This document shows positions 10,494 to 26,419 of a DNA stretch of 64,000 nucleotides, piece by piece. This DNA is from Okamejei kenojei (lineage: Eukaryota): positions 52,700,001-52,764,000 of the forward strand of contig CM069145.1 in the NCBI GenBank assembly GCA_035221665.1, read 5' to 3'. A program made the position numbers and the translations under genes. Numbering within the stretch: the first letter of the stretch is position 1; each line of letters begins with the position of its first letter. The notes under the pieces are model-generated. The model saw nothing but the letters and a program-made list of their open reading frames with translations, was not told where the DNA came from and made no database searches.

Positions 10494-11631
10494 CTGTTGC
10501 TTAATGCCTGGGATCCTGTAGAAATGACTCAGAACGGTTCCTGACCTTGAAAAAGAGGAACTACATATTATGGAGTTCACCAGCTCTTTATGAAAATTAT
10601 TTTTCGAAATCAGCAGATTATACTGATTGCAAAATCTAGACTGTAGACACCTCTATCTCACGAGCTGCAGCAGATGGCTGTTTGGGAAATTCAAACGTGA
10701 GTGTGAACACACATTAAAGTACACCTTGAAATGTTCAAATCATTTCAACGTACATATGACAACATACTTCGACAACCAATGAGTGTGTTGAAATACATGT
10801 ATTTATTTTGTCACCAATTTGAGATGCGAATATGTTTGATTTGGTCATCTGTGACAGCGCCCCCTACCCCTGGCTGACTGATCAGGATGGGGGGGGGGGC
10901 TCTCATAGGTGACCAAAGCAAACATGTTCGCACCAAAGATCCTTTGGCAAGCAAGATAGACCACTCCTTCTAAATGCAATGGGCTGATGCGTAGTACGCA
11001 ACGGAGCAGAACGTGAGCCTTTTTTTCATCCATTTCCGTAACCCACCCGACTCGCAGTGTAATCAGCATTGCGGGGGAACAGTTTGTGTTAATAAATTAT
11101 AATTCTGAAAATGAGAAGATTTTTCCCAAATAACTTTTATTTTTACGTGGATGTTTCCGTAACCGGCTTCCGCACTAGTATCCTATGGGATCTTTGGTGC
11201 GGAGACGGAAGCTGGTTACGGAAATGGGGCCGGAAATGACCCATGAATCTGCCCATGACCGTACTACTTGTTTTTCGTCGAGTGATCTATCTTGCTTGCT
11301 ATAGGATCTGTGGTTCGCACCTCAAATTGGAGACAAAAAAAACCCCAACATCTATTTCAACACACTCATAATTGGTTGTTGAAGTACGTTGTCGTATGTA
11401 CTTTGAAATGATTTGAAGTGTGTTCACACACGTTTGAAATTCCCAAACAACAATCTGCTGCAGCTTGTGAGATAGAGGTGCCTACAGTCTAGATTTTGCA
11501 GTCAGTATACTCTGCTGATTTCAAAAAATAATGTTCATAAAGAACTGGTGAACTCCGTATTATGGAGTTCCTCTTTTTCAAGGTCAGGAGTTCTGAGTCA
11601 TTTCTACAGGATCCCAGGCATTAAGCAACAT
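10494..11631. mobile_element. Foldback/palindromic MITE-like element, ~370-bp inverted arms around a ~30-nt loop (~10865-10895)
   Basis: TGTTGCTTAATGCCTGGGATCCTGTAGAAATGACTCAGAAC... on the left is the reverse complement of ...GTTCTGAGTCATTTCTACAGGATCCCAGGCATTAAGCAACA. The right arm is interrupted by 10934-11312. Confidence 0.85.
10934..11312. mobile_element. Non-autonomous DNA transposon (hAT- or P-type MITE)
   Basis: ~33-bp TIRs (CAAAGATCCTTTGGCAAGCAAGATAGACCACTC / GAGTGATCTATCTTGCTTGCTATAGGATCTGTG) and 8-bp TSD GTTCGCAC at 10926-10933 and 11313-11320. Confidence 0.85.
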
Positions 11632-12435
11632 TCCCCAGCATCATTGTTAACACTTGGATCTAATTGGCTAATATTGGTTGGCCACTTGAACCTTGTCAGC
11701 CTACGCCCAATGAAACCCAGGCATCCCAACCAGAGGGAAGAGGACCAAAGTGGGACACCTCCCTGCTAGCTGTGCTCTCCTATCGCAGGTTCGAGGAAGA
11801 CTGAGCCTCTGGGACAAATCTGAGACCACCAGCACCCCTGTGTGATCATGATTGAGTTACTGGGAAGAAGCCCTAGACAGCCAGTAACTTTATTGAGTGG
11901 CAGGGGCAAGTCTGAGATGCCAATGCTTCTTCCTGCCCACAGACAACGAGGGGCTGTACCCAAACACAGAGACAAAAGACTGAGCCACCAGTACCACCTC
12001 TTCAACCACAAAGCTGAGCCACCAGGATAAACCTGAGATCTCCAGGATAAATCTGAAACAGCCAGCGCCTCCTCTCAAAGCAAGGGTGAACCTCAGGGAG
12101 AAGCCTAAGATCGCTATGCTTCCTCCTTCAAAGACCAGGACTGAGCTGCCGGGATAATCCCAAGATTACCAACACACATGTGTGCTGACAGTGAGGGACA
12201 ACGTCCCCCTTGTGGTCCTGGACTTTCTTACAACTGTAAATAAAATATATTGTATAAGTTCACCCTACTGCAAGTGTTAATGTGGTCACAGCCAAACCTG
12301 GCATCCCCACAAAATGTTTCCTGTGGGTTTCTGCCATCTTCCAACTCCATAAAATGTTAGTTTTAGATGTTTTATTGAGTGAGTTTACTGGCACTTTGGA
12401 AACCTTCAGACCAATAATCTTGTATGGGTAAGTTA

Positions 12436-12630
12436 ACCACAGAAGGCTGTGGAGGCCAAGTCAGTGGATATTTTTAAGGCAGAGATAGATAGATTCTTGA
12501 TTAGTATGGGTGTCAGATGTTGTGGGGAGAAGACAAGAGAATGGGATTTGGAGAGAGAGATAGATCAGCCATGATTGAATGGCGGAGTAGACTTGGTGGG
12601 GCCCAATAGCCTAGTTCTGTTCCTATCACT
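12436..12630 (+). mobile_element. CR1 LINE 3' tail fragment (similar decayed tails at ~13450-13680, ~19230-19790, ~30980-31550)
   Basis: CCACAGAAGGCTGTGGAGGCCAAGTCA...GATCAGCCATGATTGAATGGCGG. Confidence 0.65.
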
Positions 12631-15600
12631 TGTGACATTTTACGTGTGCAGTGATTTCAATGCAGCCCTGGGTTCTCTTACTGAATACAGGTGAAGACGA
12701 ATAGTATAGTTAACTTGTGAACTGAACCTTATTACAACCACCGACAAATATTTTCAATCAACAGTGCGTTTGATCTTCACAAGAAAATTAAACTCGCCCT
12801 GTCCCTTCTCTCTGTATGCTTTATTCCAAATTAAAGGTAGTTGACGAATTTTCACTTTAACGGTTCTCCGAAATATTCTAAAATTTGTGGTTATCTGAAG
12901 ATATTATTGAAAGATATCCTTTTTGAAACCACAAAATATAAAAGTATTTTGAAATTATCAATTAAATAGAACCTCTGAATTGGAGCTTAATGTGGGGTCT
13001 TGCCAAAATGATCTTATTTTTCTGTTCAATATTTATTGCCAGCTTTGCTTTCCACGCATAAATTATTAACAACCTGATATTCCTCTTTCTACTTATCTCA
13101 CTCACTGCTAATCCACAATTAAGGAAATCACAAACTGATTTGGCAATCTTATCAGATAATATTCAGCGTCAATTTACAGACACTATTCTTTTGACCATGT
13201 GATTAATGTGCAATCAGGTATGTCTGAAAGTTGTAATATTCTCATTCAAACACTGATATTAGTTATAAAGCTTATAATTTTTTTGGACCCCACAGAAAAT
13301 AAGCTTTATTTATAACAGACAATATTGCTATTATTTAATGCATCAAAGCTGCTGTCAATTCCTACGTAATAACATTATATTGATGTGCAGACAACAGAAA
13401 GGCACTATAGTCTATTAGTTGTACATTTAACGTCATGGAAATAGCTGTAAGGTGAGAGGGACAACATTTAAATGAAATGTGATGGGTAACTTTTTCTTAC
13501 ACAGATGATGGTGGGTGCCTGGAATGCTCTGCCAGGGGTGGTGGAGGCAGATACAATAACTGTGTTTGAGAGGCTTTTAGAAAGGCACATGATATGGATC
13601 ATCTACAGGTAGGTGTGATTAGTTTATCTTGGTATCATGTTCAGCACAAAGATTATGGACCAAATGGACTGTTCCTGTGGTGCACGGAACTGCAGATGCT
13701 TGTTTACACAAAAGGAAACAAAGTGCTGGAATAACTCAGCGGTTCAGGCAGCATCTTCAAGAAACGGCACCAAAGATGCTGCCTGAACTGCTGAGTTCCT
13801 TCAGCACTTTGTGTTCTGCACGTTTCTATGTTCTATATTTATCGAAAGGATTAAATTTTAAGTTAACTTGTGTAGTTTTGGTTCTGACAGATCAGTTATG
13901 TCCATGCCTTCTTCTGTGTTTGATAAATAATATGGCATTGAACTGAACCTTATTCGTGTCTTCGGGCATCTAATAATTTAAAGTATTAAGTTTATATTTT
14001 AAATACGTTTTGAAAACAATTTTTAATGTTTCAAACATGTCTTTTTTTTCCAAATGCGTATCAATTTTGGTTATGTCTTGGAATATTGTTGGATATTAAG
14101 GGAATAATGAAACTGAGGTAACTTAGGCAAAGATGACTGAATGGCAGAGCAGAGTTCAAAAGACAAATGCCATTTTTCTTAATTTCATATTCTTCTGATT
14201 TATATATATTACTTTTGATTAGATGAAAGAATATAGCCTATTATTTCAAAATCTTCACAAAGGATAAAAAGAATCAATCAAGTAAAAACATTTTTGCAGC
14301 CTTTTTTAGAGAATAATTAATTTTGGAGACAACTGTGTGTTCTCACCAAAGTCTTGTATTGCAGCAAGACTTCCTTCCTTTAAATCCCATTCAATAAAAG
14401 TTAATTTGCCATTTGCTTTCCAAAGTGCTTTCTGTGTCTTCTCTAAAAAAGGCTGCAGCAAAGGTTTACTTCATTGATTTTTTTTGGTTGACAGGATTAT
14501 TCTCTAAGGAGATTTGGAATGAATGTACCATACTCTCCGGAAGAATGAAAGATGATATAAATGAAATATAAAAATAGTAAGAATGTGAAATTAAGACGGA
14601 TTAGATGATCTTTTCCTTCAAATCTTTCAGCCATCCATTTAAATTTGCTGCTCATACACATTAAGAATTCATTCATGATCTCATTCCTCTCCATTTTTGA
14701 CCTTCTTTAACCTAATAATACTCGTTGGACAGTTTCTTCAAATGAATGTGGGTCTCACAGCATTTAGGCATATAAAAAAGACACAAAGTGCTGGAGTAAC
14801 TCAGTGGTTCAGGCAGCAGAAGAACATGGACAGGTGACTTTTCAACTCGGGACCCTTCTCTTAGGAATGCTGCCTGACCCGAGTTATTCCAGCGCTTTGT
14901 GTCTTTTTATTGTAAGCCAGCAGCTGCAGTTCCTTGTTTCTACACCTAGGCTTTTATACATAGGCACGACAAGCTTCACCTCTTCAAATGACAGACTTGT
15001 CACCCCAAGAATCAACGTGTTTTACTTGTGCTGAACCTCAATCATAGGTTTTGTAGGAAGGAACTGCAAGTCTGTCATTTGACGAGGTTAGGCTTGTTGT
15101 GCCTAGATATAAATGCCTAGGTGTAGAAACAAGGAACTGCAGCTGCTGGAGAAGCTTCAGTCTGAAGAAGGGACTCAACCAGAAACATCACCCATTCCTT
15201 CTCTCCAGAGATACTGCCTGTCCCGCTGAATTACTCCAGCTTTTGGTGTCTATCCTCAATCATACGTTTTTACCTTTGGTAAGGAGATCACATCTGTGCA
15301 TTCTATTCCAGATATGATTTTACCAAGGCAATATATCATTTCAAAGTGCTAGAGTAATTCAGTGGATCAGGCAATCTATCTGAAGAAGGGTCCACACCAG
15401 AAATGTACTCATTTTTTCAAGCTTTTGAATGTCGTGAATATCCAGGAGCATTCAAACCCATAACAGCTTTGTCAACCAGCTTTGCTTAGCAGACTGTTAC
15501 TTTTCTTTCCAAAATATTGTGAACGGGGTTAGTTTTGGCACGCCCACATGAATGTTCTGTTCCAAAAAGATCAAATTGCTTCAGAACACGTTGATACCAG

Positions 15601-16104
15601 TAAAAGAACGGTTCTGGTCATTGTACACAGTTGTGGTGAGCATGGGTGGTTCACCATAAGCTCCAAGTCCTGATCTACTAGATTAAGTAATGAGTTGGTG
15701 GTGGAACAGCACTATGTCTATTATTATAACGACCATTAAATGGCTTGAAGATGGCACTGTCTCAAAAAATGTATATTGTGTCATTACTACTACTACTATA
15801 CACTTGTACTGTATCTGATATGCTTTTCTAAGATATATCTAAGTGCCCACGTATAGTGATACTTGTACTGAACTTTACACAAATGAATTTCACTGTATCT
15901 CAGTATATGTGTCAAATAAAGGAACACAAGGAACTGCAGATGCTGGTTAACAAAAAAAGGTACAAAGTGCTGGAGCAACTCAACGGGTCAGGCAGCAACT
16001 CTGGAGAACATGGCACCGTTCACAACATAGCAGAAAAATTTAATAATCGAATAACCTCGTATCTTAATCTTCTGTGGAATTACTCATCAACAATTTAAAG
16101 ATCA

Positions 16105-16350
16105 TGATCCTGAGTACGGGTGCTGTCTGTATGGAGTTTGTACATTTTCCTGTGACTGTTTTCTCCGGTTGCTCCGGTTTCTTCCCACACTCCAAAGATA
16201 TGCAAGTTTGTAGATTAATTCGCTTCGGTTAAAAAAAACTGTAAGTTATCCCTTGTGTGTAAGATAAAATTAGTGTACGGGGTGATTGTTGGTCAGCATG
16301 GACTCGGTGGGCCAAAGGGCCTGTTTCCACACTGTATCTCTAAAGTCTAA
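16105..16350 (+). mobile_element. V-SINE (HE1-like), 5'-truncated
   Basis: TACGGGTGCTGTCTGTATGGAGTTTGTACATT core and CTGTATCTCTAAAGTCTAAA tail. Confidence 0.75.
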
Positions 16351-16499
16351 ATCAATTATTACGATGTGCATACCCTGGAGACAAACTAAATTATATTACC
16401 AAAACTTTCCTCACCTCTGTCTATGTCATTAAATAATTTTGGTCCCAGAAATAATTTTGTCACATCTGATTACAAAGCAATTTTTTCTTAACCAGCAAT

Positions 16500-16770
16500 T
16501 TAGAAACAGTATAAATAGGTGCAGGAGGAGGCCCTTCGAGCCAGCGCCTCCATTAATTGTGATCATGGCTGATCGTCCCCTAGCAATAACCCGTGCCTGC
16601 CTTCTCCCCATATCCCATGACTCCACTAGCCCCTAGAGCTCTATCTCTCTCTTAAATCCATCCAGTGACTTGGCCTCCACTGTCCTCTGTGGCAGGGAAT
16701 TCCATAAATTCACAACTCCGGGTGAAAAAGTTTTTTCTCACCTCAGTCTTAAATGACCTCCCCTTTATTC
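16500..16770 (-). mobile_element. CR1 LINE 3' tail fragment (another at ~18053-18255)
   Basis: AATAGGTGCAGGAG...GATCATGGCTGATC...TTCTCCCCATATCCC, reverse complement of the tail at 51150-51360. Confidence 0.7.
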
Positions 16771-17542
16771 CCCATTATCATATTTCCACTTTATCCAGGT
16801 AGGAACAACATGATACAAAATGAACACAAACCTCGGGAAGAAATGTTCTTGTTGCAATGGGCTGGATTTTCTTTGAAAGACAAAATTCTGCAGTAACTCA
16901 GCAGATCAGGCAGGATCTCTGGAGAACATGGAAAGGTGACATTTCAAGCCAGGATCCTTCTTCAAATAGGTGACCTTTCGGGTCTGGTACATCCAGGCCA
17001 AAAACAGAGTCTTATTGCATTGGCCACCTGCACTAGGACCAATTAGGAAGGTTCAATGGCGAGAAAGCCAAGAAATGTGATTCATAACATTGAATTATTT
17101 CAAACCTGAGGCTTTTAAATTGTTTTTTAAAGATCTCCAACATTACAAACGATATAAAAGGTATTAACATTGAAGCATGTAATTTAAAAGGTTTTTTTAG
17201 AATCTGTCATAGGCCAAAAATCCATCAATGAATTAAACGAATGTCCAATTCTGCACTGGGCCTGACCTGGTATGAGATCAGGAAGGTACTTCACATCACA
17301 ATGCTGGGAAACCCTAGTAAGGCCTAACATTGAAACCAGGCTAGATAATGTTGGCAGATGTAAAGGCTATGCCAACACCTGGACAGTTATGTTTTTTTAT
17401 TGTCATATGTCTCTGATAGAACAATTAAATTCTTACTTAGTAGCACAACAGAATATGTAAACATAGTACATTGTAAACAATATAATAAACTAGAGGAAAA
17501 CAAAGTTCAGTGTGTGTGTACATATACATACTCACAAATACA

Positions 17543-17545
<3 letters not shown>

Positions 17546-17589
<44 letters not shown>
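17546..17589. repeat. (AT)n microsatellite
   Basis: About 22 AT units seen directly. Confidence 0.95.
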
Positions 17590-17591
<2 letters not shown>

Positions 17592-18541
17592 ACATTCAGC
17601 TCATCTGCTTTGGATATCATGCTCCAGTCCAATTCTCCATTTAAATGTAATTTCTATATTACCAACCAATTACTATATTACTTTTTGTACCAAATTATTA
17701 ATTCTCGCATTTTATTAACCTATGGTATTCAATTTAAGCATGGAGTGTTCTTACAACAGTTTCAACTGTAACGGATAAAGCTGTCTCTTTAAGCTACCAG
17801 TAATACATATAAGGGGCTTCTTTTTTTCCCCTGGCACATTACTTCTACTTTTATCCGGCACATTATCTCCAAGGATGGTGGAAGGCATTCATTTGGAATG
17901 AGAACATAATTTATCATCTTATTTTACAAATCAGTTTATTAGAGACATTAATTATTGTTTAATAAGTCTCTAATAAACTAATTAGTAAATTAAAATGATA
18001 AAAAATAATGCTGTCATTCCAAATGGATATCTTCCACCATATTTGGAGATAATAGACAATAGGTGCAGGAGTAAGCCATTTGGCCCCTTCGAACCAGCAC
18101 CGCCATTCAATGTGATCATGGCTGATCATCCCCAATCAGTACCCCGTTCCTGCCTTCTCCCCATATCCCCTGACTCCACTATTTTTAAGAGCCCTATCTA
18201 GCTCTCTCTTGACAGCATCCAGAGAACCTATCTCTACCGCCCTATGAGGCAGAGATAATGTGCCATAAACAAGTGGAAGCAAAAAAGAAGCACCCTAAAT
18301 GATATAAAGTGCTGGAATATGTCAGCAGGACAGGCAGCATCTCTGGATAACATGGATGGGCAACATTTCAGGTTGGGACCCTTCTTCAGAATCAAGAAAT
18401 GTCACCTATCCATGTCCTCCGAAGATGCTGCCCAACCCGCTGAGTTAATCAGGCACTTAGACATGCGCAAAATTCCAGCATCTGCAGTTTCTCGTGAGAC
18501 CCGATATGACTCCAATCCAAGTGGATGGTCAAATGGGAGAT

Positions 18542-19105
18542 GGGGGGTACACAGAAAGCTGGAGAAACTCAGCGGGTGCAGCAGCATCTAAGGAGCGAAG
18601 GAGATAGGCGACGTTTCGGGTCAAGACCCTTCTTCAGACTGGTCAGGGATCAGGGAAACGAGAGATATAGACGGTGATGTGGAGAGATAAGGAACAATGA
18701 GTGAAAGATATGCAAAAAAGTATCGATGATAAAGGGAACAAGCCATTGTAAGCTGTTTGTGGTGTGAAAATGAGAAGCTGGTGCGACTGGGGTGGGGGAG
18801 GGAGATAGAGATAGAGGGAATGCCAGGGCCCGAGGGCTGAGGGAGAGGTGGGAAGGGGAGGAGACAGCAAGGGTTAACAGAAATGAGAAAATTCAATGTT
18901 CAAGCCCAAAGGATGCAGACTCCCCAAGCGGAATATGAGGTGCTGTTCCTCCAGCTTGCGGTGTTGCTCACTCTGGCCGTGGAGGAGGCCCAGGACCGAG
19001 AGGTCGGATGCGGAATGGGAGGGGGAGTTGAAGTGCTGAGCCACCGGGAGGTCGGGTTGGTTATTGCGGACCGAGCGGAGGTGTTCGGCGAAGCGATCGC
19101 CCAGC
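18542..19105 (-). mobile_element. Penelope-like element, 5'-truncated: GIY-YIG endonuclease C-terminus plus pLTR with hammerhead motif (18608-18639)
   Basis: Minus ORF LGDRFAEHLRSV...PVAQHFNSPSH...RKLEEQHLIFRLGSLHPLGLNIEF is typical of Penelope-element GIY-YIG domains. 12-bp TSD CAAATGGGAGAT at 18530-18541 and 19106-19117. Confidence 0.88.
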
Positions 19106-21079
19106 CAAATGGGAGATCTTTGGCGACTAAGCAATTTTTAATACAATGAGACATAATAATCATGTGTACTCTCCTCAATACAGCAGTGATTCAAAATTGA
19201 ACTGATGAATACATCTCCTGCAAGGACTCTTGGGAGCATTGATGTACAGAGGGATATTGGAGTGCAAGTCAGTATTACTCCCTAAATATGGCAACACAAG
19301 TGAATGGGATGCTTGCCTTCATTGGTCAGGGCATTGAGTATTAAAGTTTGCAGGTTCATGTGGCTACTTGCTCTGAAATGTAGCCTTTTAGGCAACATTT
19401 AGAGTATTGTATGCAATTTTGGTTGCCACATTATTGAAAGAATCTAGAGGCTGTGTATCGCATGTTCAATGGAATGTTGTCTGGATTGGAGTGTATTAGC
19501 TACAAGGAGTGGTCGGACAACTTGGCTTGTTTTCTCTGGAGTGTCAGACCTGACAAAAGTGTATATTATCAGAATTACGTGAGTCATAGATAAGGTCCCG
19601 GCATGGAAATGTCACAAACTAGAGGCCATATGTTTAAGTGTGGGGAAAGTTTAAAAAAGTATTTTGTTTACAGACAGTTAACATAGTAAATAAAGGTATA
19701 TGAATCACATGTAGGCAGATGGGATTAGTTTAGATTGGCATTGTGGTTGGGCAGACATGGTGCGCTGAAGAGCCTGTTTCATGTTCTATGTAAACTGCAA
19801 GTTTTGCACTTTAATTTTGTGTTATGATTTTATTTTCAGGCGAGGAACAATGAGATTTAAGGTTGTGCAGGTCTGCAGGAAACTGTCCAGTTGCTGGCTG
19901 CAGTGTAACGGGAATGAAGACGTTTTTGTTTCAATGCTGACTTCACACCCATCCATACTGTAAACTGAGCTGTAAATTCTGGGAATGATAGGACATTTAC
20001 TGCAGTTCTTTCCCTGTAGGCCATACTTTCATGACATATTCATGAACCTGAGATGGCACAAGATTATTTTGATCTGAGGAAATGTGTTCAAATGACCCGT
20101 CATCAGCATTTGGTCTTGTATTACTTCATCCACAATAACAGGTAATGCTAAAAATACTCATCAGGCAGCATTTGTAGAAATAGAAACAGTTAACCTTTCA
20201 GATCAAAGACCCTCCAACAGTAAGGTGAGAAAACAAATTTGTTTCAAGTGGCAAAGGGTGTGTGGGGGAAGAAATGCTATTGGAAAGGAAATTCTCCTAA
20301 GGATTGCCACGGCGATGACATATTTGTTTACATCATCAATTTCATGTAGAATAAAGAAATGCAAAATGCTTGCTAATATTCCTCCCATATCAAGGTTTGT
20401 CAAAAATGCAATTGCTGCAACCATTATTTTCATCTTTTTCCTTCATTCTCTCCATATATTTTTGAACAAGGGCTTTTCCACCCTATCTACAATAATCTGT
20501 CATAGTAATATTCCTCATGGCCATTATACCTTAAAAGGGGCGGTCATCTTTTTGACATTTACTTTGTGTTGAAAACCTGCTGAGTCAACACATATCACAA
20601 ACCTACTAGAGAAATATAGCCTCTGCCAAAAATCAGCAAGATGCCAGGGAACGTGAATAATTATTCAATATAATGATCAGCAATTTACATTTTATTTTGG
20701 ATCTTTAGCATCTGCAGAATTTTATTTTCCCCTGGTTTCTCCACCTATCATTCAGGTTTTGTGTTCCCCTCATCAATGAGCACAGAAACATTCCATGTAC
20801 TTTTTTTTACTACTTCATGGCCATTGAGCTAGGACGAGATGGGGTGGGGTGGGGTGGAGGAGGGCGTTTTCCCCTGTGATTTCATCTTAACTTTTTTACT
20901 TTCCCCTCCACATAATTTGTAAATGACCAACGAGGTAAAGTCCAAATAGTGAGAATCATCATTTCTTCAAACTATCCTGCAAAAATCTGATGCTTTATCA
21001 CCTTGCAAGCAGGAACCTAGACATCTCATTGTCATGCATTTCCAAGACCTGGTTATCTTCTTGCCTTTACGGTTTGAAG

Positions 21080-21770
21080 AACTGAGTCTAAAGAAGGGTC
21101 TCAACCAGAAACAAAACCTATCCTTGTTCTACATAGTTGCTTCCTGGCCCGTTGAGTTACTCCAGCAATTATAGCTAGTGTTTATCTGTTGTCCTTTCCT
21201 GTACTCCTTCAGATGGAGAGGGAAACTAGAGATATGGACTGAGGTGTGAAATCAACAGATTAAAGCAGACAGTGACAAGGCAATGTAAAATGGTTCATTG
21301 CTGGCTGAGGGGGAAGGTGACAAGAGGCATACAATCACTAAAATGTCACTGTCTGGTAGAGACCAAAGATATAGACAAATTTTGGAGGGTAACAAAAATG
21401 CTGGAGAAACTCAGCGGGTGAGGCAGCATCTATGGAGCGAAGGAAATAGGTGACATTTCAGGTCGAGACCCTTCTTCAGACTAGTCCACTAGTTGTAGTC
21501 GTAAGACTGTTGGAGTACTCAGCGGGACAGGCAGCAACTCTGGAGAGAAGGAATAGGTGACATTTCAGGTCGAGACCCTTCTTCAGACGAGTCCACTAGA
21601 CAGTTGTAGACCAAAGACTGATTGAAGAACTGAGAGTCCAGCCTGAGACTAGTTAAAGTCTACAACTAGTCGACTGGTCTGAAGGGGAAGGAGGGGGGCT
21701 CTCGGCCCGAAACGTCACCCAGAGATGCTGCCTGTCCCGCTGCGTTACTCCAGCACTTTTGTGTCTTTAT
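21080..21770. repeat. Cluster of Penelope pLTR-derived repeats in both orientations, with a local tandem duplication (21400-21610)
   Basis: GCTGGAGAAACTCAGCGGG...AATAGGTGACATTTCAGGTCGAGACCCTTCTTCAGAC twice, plus inverted partial copies. Confidence 0.75.
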
Positions 21771-21779
21771 CTCGGTGAT

Positions 21780-23878
<2,099 letters not shown>

Positions 23879-25844
23879 TAGAAAATACAATTGGCAAACG
23901 GTTTCTCGTGTGCCTTAAGGATGGTTTGATTGGAGAAGTGCACACAACGCCAAATAGTGTTTAATTTTGGATAAAAGAAGCGCAGGCCTACCCTCATAAT
24001 TTTTTTTTTTTGCATTCCCATACTTTCCAAATTCTGATTTTGCAGTTTTAGGTAATAGGCAAGTGACCGCAAAGAGGTGCCTGGGTGAGTTCTTTAACAC
24101 TTAAATCTGATTAAATATGTGTCGGCCTATGCATTGTATATTTAATGTGTAATGCCATTATAATAATTTCATTCTGCACTGAGATACCTATTGTGCAGAT
24201 TTAGAGCTGCCATGCGTAACCTCTGTGGGAGGGGAGGTTGGTGGGGGGGGGGGGGGGGGGGGGGGTGGCACTACCTAGTGTGTGAGTGCGGATAGATTTT
24301 GGCCTAGATAGGAATGACTGAAGTTCTATATCAAATATTTGATTTTTTTTTGGCTTGTCGTTGGATGGTTTTTTAAAGCTACTTTTCCTCATACTTTTGC
24401 ATAATCTTTTGTATATTTCGAGGCAGTCCTATAGCAATAGCTATTCTTTTATATCACTGTCTTGAGAGATTAAGTAATCCCTGATTTTAGTTTGACTTGA
24501 AAGCAATTCCTTTATCTAATGAAATGCTTGTAAGAATAGATTTTATTTTTTTAAATCAGGTTATCCTGTCTTGAGTGAGATTCATGGTTTTGGATGTTTT
24601 AAATGAGTAGAATATGTTCATCAATTTATTGATCTTGTCAATATCTTTGATCTCATTTTTTTTTAGTGGTAGTAGTTTAATGATAATCAGAAAAGTGGAT
24701 TTACAAGAGGAATTCTCCAACCAGTTTGTGGCTGGTGATGGCACTATGTGTCGGGTTAAAATTACAGAATACGCTGTCTGATCTTGTTACATTAAGCTTT
24801 CTATTTCAAATCCTACTAATGGCTAACGAGTATGTATTATGTTAGATTTAAGTAGTTTTATGGCCTACAATTTTTGAGCAATTTATTTAGTTTTTTTAAA
24901 AGTAGTGTCCTCTTTCTAATGCCATCTAGTATCTCTGACATGTGTCCAAATGAGTAAAACTTTGTTTGTATTTGTCTTGTTGATGAGATGCAAATTATCC
25001 AAACCCGATCCAAGATTCACATTTATCTTTATAGGTAACCCTTTGCACTGTGGCTGTTGGTATATTCGTACATTGGCATATTTAAATAATTTTGTTCATT
25101 TTCTGGTATAAGTGCAAGTTATGAAGGTTTTGCATAATCAAGTATGTTGAAGTATGGGTTTGATAATTTTGGTCAGTTTTGTAAATGGAAGCTACAAGGT
25201 ATCCATCTCATGACTGATTACAATTATAAAAAAAACATGCCACATGCTATTTGTCATAATTCTTGATATGTGAGAAAATATTTCATGAATTTATTGCATT
25301 GTCCTCGGGAAAATTAATATATTGGTACCAAACCTTCATCTGAAATCTTATGAAATTTAAAAAGTTTGTATTTTGCATTGCAGAGTTTTTTTTGGCTTTG
25401 TACAATCAAGCCTTGCTACTTTGCCATGGTGATTGAAGAGACCTGTGAAGTAATATATGATCTTAAAAAATAAAAATTGGTACTCGAGTAGTTAATACGA
25501 AAATGAGTAGCAATATGGTAGTTTACAGTAAACATTGCAAATATTGTGCAACTTGTCTTGCATTAGTAGCCTAGTTTCTCATCTATAATCCATGTCGGTA
25601 GGAAATATTTATGGCTTAACTGTCCTAGCATTGCAGTTTATATTAAAGAGTGCAATAGCATTCAAATAATTTAGTCACAGATGGCTGTCATCTGTTGGGG
25701 ACTTGGTGACACTTGACATGGGCTGGAATAAGACTCATTGCATTCTTTATCTCTTTGATATAAGGAAGGGGCAACCTATTTTAATGATGCTATGCAAATG
25801 TATGGTATTCTAAGAGTGAGATTAGGCTCTGTACTTTGTGCTTG

Positions 25845-26270
25845 TGTGTCAGCAAGGCTTAGCAGTTAACATTCCTGCCTCTGAGTTGATGTAGGTTCAA
25901 ATTCTAGTCTTGTATTTAAGCACAATGTTGAGTTGCACATTGAGAATGCCATCCTTGGGATGCAGCACTAAAGAGGTGTAATGTACATCAGATCAATTGC
26001 TGCTTGCAGACTTTGACCATTCCATTATCCTCTTTGAAAATCAGCAGGGACATCATAGGCAGGATAGATATTTCTCCTGCATTGCATATAATAAATTAGT
26101 CATTTATTTCATTGCTATTACTGGGGCGTTTCCATGTTCGAACAAGACTACTAATATCTTCCTATATAATATTTATTGAATTTCACTATACTTCATATTT
26201 GAAGCACTTCAACTGTTTCAGGGAAATATTTGGTTTTACACAAATGCTTGTGTGAGGTCAAAATACAAAA
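25845..26270 (+). mobile_element. Highly decayed Deu-domain SINE (SacSINE1/AmnSINE-like); another at ~62440-62740
   Basis: tRNA-like head TGCCTCTGAGT...GGTTCAAATTC and a degenerate Deu core (TGCCATCCTTGGGATG...TTTGAAAATCAGCAGGG...TCATTGCTATT); recognised from memory. Confidence 0.5.
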
Positions 26271-26419
26271 CATAATGGTAATTTTTTTTTAGTACATTAG
26301 ATATGAACACATTTGAAAGTAGCACGATAGAGTTGAGAGGAAGTTTCGAAGATGTCAATGTTATCCAAGAATAGGTTGCCATTTATGGAAGGTAGCATTG
26401 TACATTGTATATGTTATTT

